Assembly (NCBI GenBank): GCA_040954595.2
Contig: CM082580.2
Location: forward strand, 11,608,909 to 11,672,908
DNA from: Balanoglossus misakiensis
Taxonomy: Eukaryota; Animalia; Hemichordata
Length of the DNA stretch: 64,000 bases
Direction of reading: 5' to 3'
Below the pieces are notes generated by a model. The model worked only from the letters and a program-made list of their open reading frames with translations. It did no database searches and was not told the DNA's origin. Of this stretch, positions 15,701 through 29,000 are shown in pieces. Each line of letters opens with the position of its first letter. Within the stretch, counting starts at the first letter, position 1. The position numbers and the translations under genes are program-made.

Positions 15701-18700
15701 ATGTGCACCCAGTCACAATTCCTCCATCTATAATTCAGTGGTTTAGTACAAGATCCTGGGCCCTGACTTTCTCTCAAAACATTTCTTATGAGAAAATATT
15801 GCAAACTATGAATATATATATGAATCTTCTTGTCTTTCTGACCATTTATATTTCACTAAATTTTATTTTGCAGCCATTGGAACACTCAATGTCTACATGT
15901 ACAGTGGCAGCTCTCCAATACTACTGTGGTCAGAGAGCGGTAACCAAGGCGATGTGTGGCTGCGGGCACAGACTAATGTCTACAGTAGTTCTGAATTTCA
16001 ACTTGTGATTGAAGGAGTGAGGGGTTCCTCTCACACTGGTGATATGGCCATCGACGACATTGACTTTGAAAACTCCTTCTGTACAGGTAATTCAGTTGAC
16101 TGAATAGAGAATATTAAACAACGGCTTTGACAAGTTATCTTCTCTTGCACCCGTACAATGATGATTTTATAGCAAAAGTTACAGACTTGATAGCACTAAT
16201 TTTAAGTCAACTTTTTTGTATTTTATAGGAATCACAACTGTACCACCATCAACAACACCATCCCTAACAAAACGTAAGTGAATCTGTAGCCAATCACACA
16301 GATTTGCAAATATTGTTACAAATCCCTGGTAATTGAAGATTTCATGGAGTCCAATGTTATTATTACAATGTGACATCAAATCCATCAACATGGAACATCT
16401 TGTTTGTAAATCGTTTCCCTTTTCCTTCTCAGAATATGACTGCGATTTTGAAGTGGATTTTTGTGACTGGAGACAAGATCCTGGAAACGATCTTGACTGG
16501 CTAAGGAACAAAGGAGATACACCGACAGATGATTCCGGACCACAGTTTGACCACACCACTGGCACAGATCAAGGTGAGATGTGTCTCCATTCACCGGTGC
16601 ATGATGTCGTTCCATTGGACGCAGTCATGCAGGAATTTGTGATTCACAAGGATTTTATGTGTTCATAACTGTATGAGATCAACTCAGAAACTACAAGTCA
16701 CAGTCACATATCCAGGCTCAATAGGTGCGAGACAAAATGTCTCCATTATATTTGGCGGTTATACCCTCCAAAGTTTTCTGGAAATTAACTTTTATTTTTG
16801 TCCTTTCCCTTTGAAGGTTATTACATCTATATTGAGGCAACCAATCAGGACCCGGGTGACAAAGCCAGACTGATATCTGCAGAAGTACCATCAACGTTAG
16901 ATAGTCAATGCTTACAGTTCTGGTATCACATGTTTGGAAGCTCAGTTGGTGAGCTCAGTGTGTACATCAGAGATGCCAATGGTCAAGAAGTCTTGGTAAT
17001 GGACTCCTCAGTAGTCATTTATTTTGTGAATTGCACATTGAATGTGATTGATTTATTGATTGATGAATAAGTTTGCTATCTGCTATCATTAAAAATTTAC
17101 TTTCAAGTAAATGTTGACTTTTCCACTGTTGTGTGTCGCAGATCTGGAAGAGAATGGGAAGCCAGGCAAATGAGTGGAGATACGCACAAAGAGAACTGAA
17201 TATGGCTTCGAAGTATGAAATAATATTTGAGGCTGTGAGGGCCACTCACTACAGAAGCGATATTGCTCTTGATGACATCATCCTAGCACCAGGAGCATGT
17301 GCCCCACAAGGTAACTGTGAGACTGACTCATGGAGGAAATTTTCAACCATTTCCAAAAGAAAGATGGAAGAAAACAAGCACTGATTACCATCGATAAGCA
17401 AACCATTGGTGTATGTGATGCGATAAACCATTTGAAACGCTACCCCCCGGGTCATTTCAAGCCAGGCGCATTTTTTGGAAATTTATCCATAATGTCATAT
17501 GAAATGCCATTTCCATCTGATTGTAAGCGCAAATTTGTTTGACCCTTTTGCAGCTGAATGTGACTTTGATCACAATTTCTGTGGGTGGACCAATCCGACC
17601 GACAGCAGCGATGACTTCAACTGGCAGCGGGGTTCCAATGGTACAGAGAGTGCTGGTACTGGTCCACGTGTTGATCACACAACTGGAACACAAACAGGTA
17701 GGGGGGGGGGGGCGGTTTTTATGAATTGGAAGTTGGTACAGTATAAATGTGAGGCCAGCAATGTGAAATCTAAAAAGGGTGCTGCATATAATTACTATCA
17801 AGGTAGAAAGTATAAGCTAAGGAGGACCTCTGAGTTTTCTCAAAATAATTTCTTTGTGTGCACTGAAATGTCAGTAAAAATCATATCATTTTGTAGCATC
17901 TGAATCCTAGTCTTTCAAATGGTACATGTACATACCATACATGTTTATGTATACTAATGTTCCTCATCTGTTTCTAGGTTACTTCGCTTACATCGACACA
18001 TCAGACAATAGATCCCCAGGGGACACAGCACACCTTGTGACATCAGACACCCCATCCGACTCAGAAAGATGCTTGAAGTTCTGGTATCACATGCATGGGC
18101 AGGATATTGGTGTGCTCAACGTTTACCAGAGAGACATTGCAGAGGTGTTTGTTGCGCCATCTTGGACAAGATCAGGAAACCAGGGTAATGTATGGAGGCG
18201 GGGGACACTGCCTTTGCTGCCCAAGACAAGTGGTAATCCATATCAGGTAAGCCTTACCGCACATTGTGGTTTGTGTGGTTACTCTAATCTCACTAATGAA
18301 AATATGGCAGATATTTTCCTTCAATATCCAGTGATCGAAACAGCATACACTTCATCTAAAAATATGATTTCATTAACATCTGGAGTGCATAGTTTATTTG
18401 ACTGAACACAAGTTTTGTCACAACATACATTGTACATGTAAGGAAAGAATTCATCACCATTGAAATACATTGATAATTTGGGGTTGCTTGTGTTTAGAGA
18501 TGGCATTATAATCTTCAAATCTAATCACTATTGGCGGCATTTTGATTTGAAAGTGAAGAGTGAGTCGTCTCTGATGTGAGAATCGGAAAATAACAAGTGT
18601 GGAAATTTATGTAGCATGTAATGTCCTTTTGTATTGCATCGCAACAAAGATGGTCTTTGAAGGTATCGTTGGGAGTGGAGATGCAGGAGATATTGCAATT

Positions 18701-21700
18701 GATGATGTGGTCATCGACGACAGCCACTGTCAGCCGGAAGGTTGGTGTGACTTCGAATCAGACATGTGCGGTTGGAGTAACGAGTTTGCTCTCGACGATG
18801 ACTATGATTGGCTGAGAATTGCTGGTCCCAGCCCCACCTCTGATACTGGCCCCACTGTTGATCATACATTAGGCACACCATCAGGTGAGTAGATTTGATG
18901 CAAGGTGAGAGGTCATTAGTTAAAATTACAGGTCATATTTGCTTAACTTAGAAACCCCCATCTGATAGGGTCCTTCATATAGCCACTATGGCACTCAACA
19001 GTTTTGTTTTGAGTTAAAGATCGTGTACCTGTGGTCATTTTACACTTCTGGTATATGTTCATGGCTTTTGTAGCATATTATCTTAAATGTCCTGATAATT
19101 ATGCCACAATAACATCATGTTCATTCACGCCAATTATGCCTTTGTGAATCTGTAATCCTTGTGGTATATATCTCACTTGTATTCATTGCATTTTCAGGGT
19201 ACTACATGTACATTGAAACTTCAGTAGGGAAATCTGGAGACCGTGCTTGGCTTATCAGTGAGCATCTGCCACCAACGAATAATGCTCAAATGACTGGTAA
19301 ACAAAAACATCTTGAACTATTTCATTTTTCATATTTATATTGTCATATTTTGTGAAGACTATGTGGGATTGATATATTGATGCCGCCAGAATAGTTCCAA
19401 CTCAGCCATATATGTTTTTTAGATGCATTGAACACCTGAAAGTGAAATTCGCTGTACTTAACACCCAAAGTTTTTCCCCTAAAAACCAGACAACAGATAT
19501 CTGTGCAAAGAATCTTTGCTTTTGAAGAACATATAAATATCACAGGAATAGAAATGCCTGATAGCTACATGTATTCATTCCCCTACTGGCCCTACATACA
19601 GCGTATCCAGGACAAGATTAATTCTGAATAATGGGAACATATTCTGGATGTCCTGATCTGTTGCTCATACCCTGTTCCTCATCTCTTTAAGACAAATGCT
19701 TCAAGTTTTGGTATAACATGAATGGTGTCGGAGTAAAGACCCTGAACGTATACATGGAGACGGCTGCAGACCAAACCATGACAAAGATGTGGACATTAGA
19801 CGGTAACCAGGGCGACGTCTGGTACCAAGGAATGTTTACTGTTACATCAACTGTTGAATATTGGGTAGGTCCTGCCTTTAACCTTTGCAGCATCCAGTAA
19901 ACATTGTCCTATATATTGACATGGAGAACAAATTGTTAAGTGTCTATAACACACATTGTCATTTGTACATATACGTTAGCTCTAAGACCCAAGATCATTT
20001 CATTGCTTCATTTTGTGATAAGTACTTTCAGAGATTTGCCATTCAGAAGTTGAGTGGAAATGCATATTCACAAAGTGTGTTTTGCTTTTTTTCTGTTCCA
20101 GATAATATTCGAAGGTATCCATGGTGGAGACAAAACTGGGGATATTGCCATCGATGACACAGAAGTTGATGATGGTGCTTGCCCTGTTGTTACACTGTCA
20201 CCGCCGCCGTCAACATCAGCAACTACCATCACCCGCTGTAAGTTGAACTTGCAAGGAAAGCTGGCCTTTCTCATCCCATTTCAAGGATAGAAATTTGTCT
20301 AGATGATACATTTTCTCTGGTACATTCAATAATTTTCTTTCTCGTCTCATAGCAACCAAGTCCCAACCTATTCTCTGTGGACCAGGACTCTTCCAGTGTA
20401 CTGATCTGACATGTTTGAATTTATCTATGGTGTGTGACGGCAAAGAACAGTGTGTTGATAGTTCGGATGAAGTCAACTGTCGTAAGTAGTAGTTACGGAT
20501 AACTAAGCATTCCCTTGTAATATTCCAATTTCTTCATGACTTTCTTCAACTGGTGATGAAAATTTCGTTTGTGGAATTTTACTATTTTTCTTGCTATGCA
20601 GAAGTAGCCTTAGCGTCTCGTTCATTCTGAATTGAATTTCCAGTAGGCCTCAAATCTGATATGCCATCAGGACAGTACTGAACAACTTGAGGTGAAACGC
20701 TGTAATTCCTGCTTATTGTTAGAATAAGATGATTGATACTTTTATTCATAATTTTTTTTAATTTATAGCCAACAATCCAGAGGGTCAGAGCAGTGACAGT
20801 AAGTAGTTAGGGAATTTCTTGACATGAATGTAACAGTCAGTGAAAGTAAATAATGAGACGATATCCTGTCTCTATGTTAACAGTAGCTGAAGATGCCAAC
20901 TATTCCTAGATCTCTCTTCTTGCCACTGCCAATGTACAACTTCCTATTAGAAACAGTGAGAAACAGGAAGGAATTTGTCTTGGAACACTACTGGAGATGC
21001 GTAGCTATTGTAAGGCATGATGACCATGTATGTTTCTGCTGTATGTTTACTTTGTGATGACCATGACCCACAATGCAATAGGACTTCCACAATGGCGATA
21101 GAATCGTACATTGTCTACCAGAGCCTGGGTATTTTTTTTAGCTTTAAGCATACGTGTACATGTACAAGTCTTTACTATAGACTCTTTACATCAATATATA
21201 TATATTTTTCATTTCCAGATGCTTTATACATTGTTATTGGTGTCCTTGGTGGTGTATTGCTCATCATTATTGTAGTTTTCATGGTGCTACTCTATATCAG
21301 AAGGCGACGACAATATCAATTGTAAGTATAGACTCTGGTCTGTTGCTGTAAACTTTTCTTGATCCATCATTTATCCTGGCTTGCGGATGATACCTGAAAT
21401 CAGAAACAGTCTCTTTTTCTCCCGTCTGTGGGTAGATGTCCATGTGGGAAATGTTGCAGAACTGACCTGATTCCTGTGTTTTATACCATTTATTGCTCCT
21501 TTTATTCCAAACAGTGGTGGTGTCAGAAGTAGCCACACGCAAGGAATAAAGAACACACTGTATGATGAATACCTTGATGATCAAGACTTCATAAATGATG
21601 TAAGTATAAGCTCTCCATGAACCAGGAGATGAGACAACCATTCTTCATTTGCATCTCATCACAAGTCTTTTGGTGTTGCAAGTTCCTTAGTGAGAAAAGA

Positions 21701-22195
21701 AATAAAAAAAGGGAAAACACGGAACTACAAAATGCATTTTGACAGACCATGAGAAACAGCCCAGCCTTTTGCAAATAGGTTTTCTTTCGAATCTCTAAAA
21801 TTAGTTATCAAATCTGATTTGCATTTATTTTCAGTTTTCCATGACAACTATGGACACATCTATGCTTTCTGGAGGAGTAAGTTGTCTTCTCTCAGTTGTA
21901 TCACTTTATTTCGTGTATACCAGTACTACATATAACCCATACTAGTGATTTCATACTAGCAAGTTAATTACTTGAAGCCAAAGGGTATTCTGCAGAGATA
22001 TCCAACATTCGTCTGGGAAGTTTTACTTCTTCCTGAAACAACGAAAAAATGCACAGTTATCTAACTTAACGCGTCTCAAAAAAAATCTTTTTCCAGGAAA
22101 AAATGGCAGCCGACCTCGCAATCGAGAATCCATTGTACGGACAACTAGATCCAACTGTGGTGGATAAGCCAGCATTTGGGGATACAGATGCCTAG
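1..22195 (+). CDS. MAM-domain array type I membrane protein (MALRD1/MAMDC4-like), 5'-partial, multi-exon
   Basis: Repeated GT-AG exons encode MAM hallmarks (CDFE..C.W; DDFDW; TGPSxDHTTG; GYYxYIETS; CLxFWYHMYG; GDIALDD), about 19 domains counted between 1 and 20240. These are followed by an LDLa exon (~20353-20481, [35 protein letters not shown]), a TM exon (~21219-21321, [30 protein letters not shown]) and cytoplasmic exons (~21515-21599, 21835-21876, 22097-22195) ending [16 protein letters not shown]...DTDA*. Orthology to MALRD1 is not established. Confidence 0.9.
3839..3925. mobile_element. Short dispersed repeat, MITE-like (degenerate copy)
   Basis: Aligns by eye with the reverse complement of 54121-54214 (ttaa.cct.t.acca..atggtt..gtccaa...attgttttc...acct.ta.a.agggaa.tg). 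Confidence 0.5.
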
Positions 22196-22666
22196 CAGGG
22201 ACCAGCAATTTATTCCTGAAATTTACAGCTGTAGACTAGTTTTGTCCTCTTTCAGAACAAATGTGCATTATGTATGCATTTGTGATTTCTTTATATTTAC
22301 ATTATTCAAGCTTTTTGTAGATATCTGATTTTTTTTCTGATAGTGAATACAGTTATTATACTTTCTTGCGAGGTGTGTGGTGGTTGATTTCTAATAAGGC
22401 ATGAATCAGACGTGACCAATGTAAGAAGTTGGTGTTTTTTGGCTAGATGGACCTTATAAAAATACGGTCACCTGATCAACACCTGTCCGATATATAAATT
22501 GTAAATTGCTAATACTGGGAGAAATATCAGAAAAAACCACTGGAATCAGTTGAAAGGTAACATACAGATACCACAGCAGTTGAAGGGCTTAAGATATGTG
22601 TCCAACATTACAATTTATTTTATACGCCACCTTAAATGCCCAAGAAAACCTGGAAGCATTTTATTC

Positions 22667-22672
22667 AATAAA
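22667..22672 (+). terminator. Candidate polyadenylation signal of the MAM receptor gene
   Basis: AATAAA about 470 nt after the stop codon, followed by a GT/T-rich tract. Confidence 0.5.
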
Positions 22673-22832
22673 ACAGTTGTGGTTATTTAAATCACATCAC
22701 TTTTGCCTAAATGTCAAAGTCGTGTGACAAACTTTATTTTTCATTTTGTGCAATTGGACTTAGATACGATAAGACTCTCAAAGCTACCTCTACTGTAACA
22801 TGCGATTAAAATCTTCCTCGAGTGCCTTGGTT

Positions 22833-22842
22833 ATGACGTCAT
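22833..22842. promoter_or_regulatory. Palindromic CRE (ATGACGTCAT) upstream of the LDLa-array gene
   Basis: Perfect 10-bp CREB/ATF palindrome about 250 bp upstream of ATG 23087. An octamer ATTTGCAT lies at 22916-22923. Motif match only. Confidence 0.3.
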
Positions 22843-23086
22843 TCGACGATTGTTTGCAGTCTCGCGCGACTTGTAGCTGTGTCGGAGTGACATTCGTCCA
22901 ACGTCACTGAGTGTAATTTGCATATTACAGAAGAACAGATGAGCAACCCCCTTTTAACCGACCCTGGTTGGCTTCGAACGCACTAGTCTGAAGTTACGCC
23001 TTGATAGGGACGTATATTTTGTGTGCTCTTCGGACAGAGCCATATTTGCTGGAGAAAGTCTGAATCTTTGGACAACGTTACCGACC

Positions 23087-26000
23087 ATGAAGTTGACGCG
23101 GATAATCCGTGTTCTTCTGTTGGTTATACAGCTCTCGCACGCATGGGCTGGCTTGTATGATAGAGCTCAACGGCAACGTGTTGAACGGCAACGTGTTGGA
23201 AGAACTTTGCACGCAGCACAAGCTCCCCTGAAAACCGCCTCAAGTACTTCTAAGGAGAACGACCAGGTAAGTTTTAGCACTGCAAATATAATAATTTTGG
23301 TTGAATTTTATTCGGAAAGGGACGTCTTGCCAAGAACGCCTGATACTAATATACGAAGTCTGGTTTTGAAACGTAAAATAATTTTTACTTCTGTGTGTCG
23401 CTCTCCCCCTGTATGTCTAAGTATTATCTGCGTTAATGGCGTATTCCGGACAGCTCGGCAGTAAACCACTTCTCGCTTACCTTAAAGGAACCCACAAAAT
23501 CCACCATTAATGTTTTTGATATCTGAATAAGTATTTTTTCTAGTAATGTTGAGACTGCTTCAAATAAATTAATGTCCCTTGGCGTTTAGTTAATTTGGAT
23601 ATTCCAAAACGACTAGTCGAAATTGGTTTATTAGTTGCTCTAAACATTTGCGGTCTAAATGTGGCAAAGATGTAGGGTCATCGTGCTGCACGGCCGTGAA
23701 TTTAACCAATGGGGAAAAGCTGATTCTCCCTAATCTGCACTTGTTGGCCTGAAAACCCTCCATTGAAGTTGAGCTTTTCAACAAAGCGAGTATGTACGCA
23801 CATTTTCGGACAATGGTTGTATCTTTACTCATTTCATTTCACATGTTCTTCGTTTTCAGTTTTCGAAACGCATTGAAGAGTTCACGCCCAAAAAGTCTTG
23901 GACGAACTTGACGAGGACTGGACGACTCAGTCTGTCGCTACCGAAACCGCCTTACGCTTGCGCCGTAAATGAAGTGTTTTGCGACAGCGGAGAGTGCGTA
24001 CACAACCACTTGCTTTGTGATGGTTCCAACGACTGTCTAAATGGGTTTGATGAGTCCCCCACTTTTTGTTCCGAATGTGAGTATAGTTTCCTATACAGAT
24101 GTTACAATGTCCTTTCGAATGAAAATCTGAATTAACGCATGTGTTAGGAATAGTTGAAGCTTTGAGGATGTACGTTCAGTAAAATTGAAAGCATCGTCAT
24201 ATCTTTAATTGTTGATTTTTGGATTATCCGGTGTATGTAAAATGAAAATCCATGATAAAATATAGGGGCCAAAGCGCTTGTTTTTGAAATATAGAGCCAT
24301 CGAATTTAGTCGATAACAGAAGAAAACTGCAGACTCGGCATTTTTCACCAATGGTTTGTCTATGGGCAAAACTGTTAACGAAGTTTATCTCAAATAGAGT
24401 GACTACACGATTTTATTTGACCAATGAATTTATGTTAACTTGACTGAGCTATGTGTAAAATTGCGTGAATAGACAGTGGTAGAAGTTTGTTTTAGAGCAA
24501 TTATCGATGTAATCCAATGGGAGAAAGACACACGTGCCCTGCTTCGGTATTAGTCTATGTTCTGTGCGTACATGGTTTTATGGTAGTCTTACGCATCCTT
24601 TCACAAAAGAATTCGTTTTCATTGCAATTTTTGAACTTGACAGTATCATGTATGATGTGTATTCATTTTTTACTGTTTATTACGGACTTGTATTGCATTA
24701 TGATCCCCCCAGAAATTATTGTGGAGTCCTAAACTTTCATCTTGTATGCTTCTTATCGTTGACCTTTATCATCAGTTGAATATCAGTTCAAAATCAATAT
24801 ATCGGACACTTCAATGTGCTTTCGTAGAAAAATCTGAATTATAGTAATGTGCGATTTTCATACTCTGCAACACTGTAGCACAGACTATAGGGCTATTTGC
24901 TTTTGGCGTGTCTTTGTATATATAATATATACATGTACATTGTATACTCCGGTATATCTGGGTATATGATGGTGATATAAAATTAACTTGCACACCAGTG
25001 ATATCCGTCAGTGTGAAGGAACAGCTATTTCAGATAAATTCATTTTATTTGGTTTATTGTAACACATTTTCTATTTCTCACAATCCACGTGTCCTCATAG
25101 ACTGCGGATTTAAACAGATTCAATGCCCGGATGGGAAGTGCCTCGTCAACACAGAAGTTTGCAATAACATCCAACATGGATGTTCCAATCACTTTGATGA
25201 ATCGCCTTACATCTGTGGAAGTAAGTAATATACATTATTCTATTCCGAGCCACCCATGTTTCACGTTAAGTATTTTGTTAAAAAGTTTCGTGTGACCGAG
25301 TTGCCTAAATCCGGTTCGCCACGTCATTTTGTATGCGATCATAGGTCATGGAGCAAATGGACAAGGTATCTATGAAACTGTTCCACGTTCTCGCGAGCCA
25401 GTGATCTGCCTCCGCCCAACCGTTGGCAACTGGCAACGCATGCAGAAACTGTCGTAAAGTGGTCTTCGTTTACGACGATGCAGTTAAAGTGCCGTGCGTG
25501 GATTCTTAACACGCGTATTTCTGTCTTCACGGTTCTGCTGGGGGGTGGTGGGGGAGGGGGGGTAGGTAGCATCGTTTTTTGTTGAAACAATGAAACTATC
25601 GTATATGTGCTGTGCACAATTCTCCCTTATAACTTCCGTAGCATAACCATTCGTTCCATGTTTTTTTATTGCAGCTGAATGCGGAGTCGGAGAGTTTCAG
25701 TGCCCCGAGGGCAAGTGTATCTCCACAGAATGGCTTTGCGATCGGATTATTGACTGTGATGATGGCAGAGACGAGTCTCCAGAGGTGTGCGGAGGTAAGC
25801 TGTCCACTCGTTACCTTCAAATCACAAACTTGTGATATATATTTGTGCAACACTAGCCCGACTCCCGGTTTTGTGCTGTCATTTTCCGTTATGTTATGTG
25901 ATGTTGTGTCGAACTTGCCACGTTTGTCAACGTTGGATAAACTTGGCAATTTATAGCGTGTGGGGAGTCGTTTAGAATAAAGGAGAAATATGCGCCCTCT

Positions 26001-29000
26001 TGCGTCCAGAGAAATCGCTACTTTGATTTTTCTCCATAGACTTGCAGCGATGGCCAATTTAACTTGAAGTTCGGCAGAGACTGATAATTTGATTGCAGCG
26101 TGCAAGTTTTTTGCATGGCACACACAACATCAAAGGATGTCTCGATTGCCGCCCGTTCTCTTTATATCAGGCGAAATAAAAAACAATGTAGCAGAACTTT
26201 GCCTCTTGAATAAACAGTGTTGCATTCACGGCGGCCTTTTGCATGTTTTGCACTTCTATGTGCGTGTCATCGATGGATTTGTCAAAACCTATATTGAGAT
26301 GTTGTCTTCAAGATGTTTTACCTACAATTTCTATCAAGTACAGGCCTTCAGTAAGGTTACTGAATAATGTTTTTGATTTTCACCACAGGTTGCCAAAAAA
26401 GCTTCGTGCAGTGTCCTGACAATAGCTGTATACCTTCTAAATTAGCATGTGACGGGGCTGTAGAGGACTGTCCAAACGGTTACGATGAATCCACGGAGCT
26501 ATGTAGTAAGTTTTCCAAAACTCGTGAATGAATGAATGAATGACGAATGAATGAATGAAATCTTTGAACGTATCACGGGCCTGTTATTTCAATAACAGAT
26601 TTCGAAATAGCAATTTGCTTTGACAAATACGAGTGACACGTGTAAAATTGCATTTTCATGCAACTATGAGTCCATTATGCCATGGGCCATAAACAATGAG
26701 TAATCTTCTTAAACATTCGAAAGCAGTCTCTTTGAAATAACCCCCTAATAATAGATTACATTATAGAAAATCTTCCTATTTAATTTCAGAGCCAATTGGC
26801 AAACCAACATGTAGTGGGATGGAGTTCGAATGTTCAGATGGAAGCTGTATACTAATTAAACTTGTATGTGATGGAATAAATCACTGTCTTTTTGGAGAAG
26901 ATGAAGCTATACCACCGTGTCTCCCAAAGCCTTGTGTGGAATTTGAATGTTCTACTGGGGAATGCATTCCAAAAACGACCGTCTGCAATGATATCCCCGA
27001 CTGTCCCAATGGTGAAGATGAAATTGGTTGTCCATGCAAACCAACAGAATTTACCTGTCCCAATGGAAAGTGTATTCCAGTGTTCAGATGTTGTGATGGC
27101 GTGTCTGATTGTCCATCTGGAGCAGATGAAGCTATACCACCATGTCCACCACCTTGCCTTGCCTTTGAATGTCTTACAGGAGAATGCATCCCTGAAACAG
27201 CAGTATGTAACTATATTCCTGACTGTCCCAATGGTGAAGATGAAGACGATTGTCCATGCAAGCCGTCTGAATTCACTTGCTCCAATGGAAAATGTATACC
27301 GCTGGTGAAACGATGTGATGACGTTGTCGATTGTCCAAATGGAGAGGACGAAGCTATACCACCATGTCCACCACCTTGCCTTGCCTTTGAATGTCTTACA
27401 GGAGAATGCATCCCTGAAACAGCTGTTTGCAACTATATACCTGACTGTCCCAATGATGAAGATGAAGACGATTGTCCATGCAAGCCATCTGAATTCACTT
27501 GCTCCAATGGAAAATGTATACCGCTGGTGAAACAATGTGATGACGTTGTCGATTGTCCAAATGGAGAAGACGAAGCTATACCACCATGTCCACCACCTTG
27601 CCTTGCCTTTGAATGTCTTACAGGAGAATGCATCCCTGAAACAGCTGTTTGCAACTATATTCCTGACTGTCCCAATGGTGAAGATGAAGACGATTGTCCA
27701 TGCAAGCCATCTGAATTCACTTGCTCCAATGGAAAATGTATACCGCTTGTGAAACAATGTGATGACGTTATCGATTGTCCAAATGGAGAGGACGAAGCTA
27801 TACCACCATGTGAAGTAATTCAACCCTGCTTTGGCTTTAAATGTTCTTCTGGGGAGTGTATTCTTAAATCAGCTGTCTGTAACCATGTTGTAGACTGTCC
27901 CAATGGTGAAGATGAAATTGGTTGTCCATGCAAACCAACAGAATTTACCTGCCCCAATGGAAAGTGTATTCCAGTGTTTAGATGTTGTGATGGCGTGTCT
28001 GATTGTCCATCTGGAGCAGATGAAGCTATACCACCATGTCCACCACCTTGCTTTGGATTTGAATGTGATACAGGAGAATGCATCCCTGAAACAGCTGTTT
28101 GCAACTATATTCCTGACTGTCCCAATGGTGAAGATGAAGACAATTGTCCATGCAAGCCCTCTGAATTCACTTGCTCCAATGGAAAATGTATACCACTGGT
28201 GAAACAATGTGATGACGTTGTCGATTGTTCAAATGGAGAAGACGAAGCTATACCACCATGTGAACCGGTTCCACCCTGTTTTGACTTTAAATGTCCTTCT
28301 GGAGAGTGTATTCCTACAACAGCTGTCTGCAACCACGTTGTTGACTGTCCCAATGGTGAAGATGAAATTGGTTGTCCATGCAAACCAACAGAATTTACCT
28401 GTCCCAATGGAAAGTGTATTCCAGTGTTCAGATGTTGTGATGGCGTGTCTGATTGTCCATCTGGAGCAGATGAAGCTATACCACCATGTCCACCACCTTG
28501 CTTTGGATTTGAATGTGATACGGGAGAATGCATCCCTGAAACAGCTGTTTGCAACTATATTCCTGACTGTCCCAATGGTGAAGATGAAGACGATTGTCCA
28601 TGCAAGCCCTCTGAATTCACTTGCTCCAATGGAAAATGTATACTGCTGGTGAAACAATGTGATGACGTTCTCGATTGTCCAAATGGAGAAGACGAAGCTA
28701 TACCACCATGTCCACCACCTTGCCTTGCCTTTGAATGTCTTACAGGAGAATGCATCCCTGAAACAGCTGTTTGCAACTATATTCCTGACTGTCCCAATGG
28801 TGAAGATGAAGACGATTGTCCATGCAAGCCCTCTGAATTCACTTGCTCCAATGGAAAATGTATACCGCTGGTGAAACAGTGTGATGACATTGTCGATTGT
28901 CCAAATGGAGAGGACGAAGCTATACCACCATGTCCACCACCTTGCTTTGGATTTGAATGTGATACAGGAGAATGCATCCCTGAAACAGCAATATGTAACT

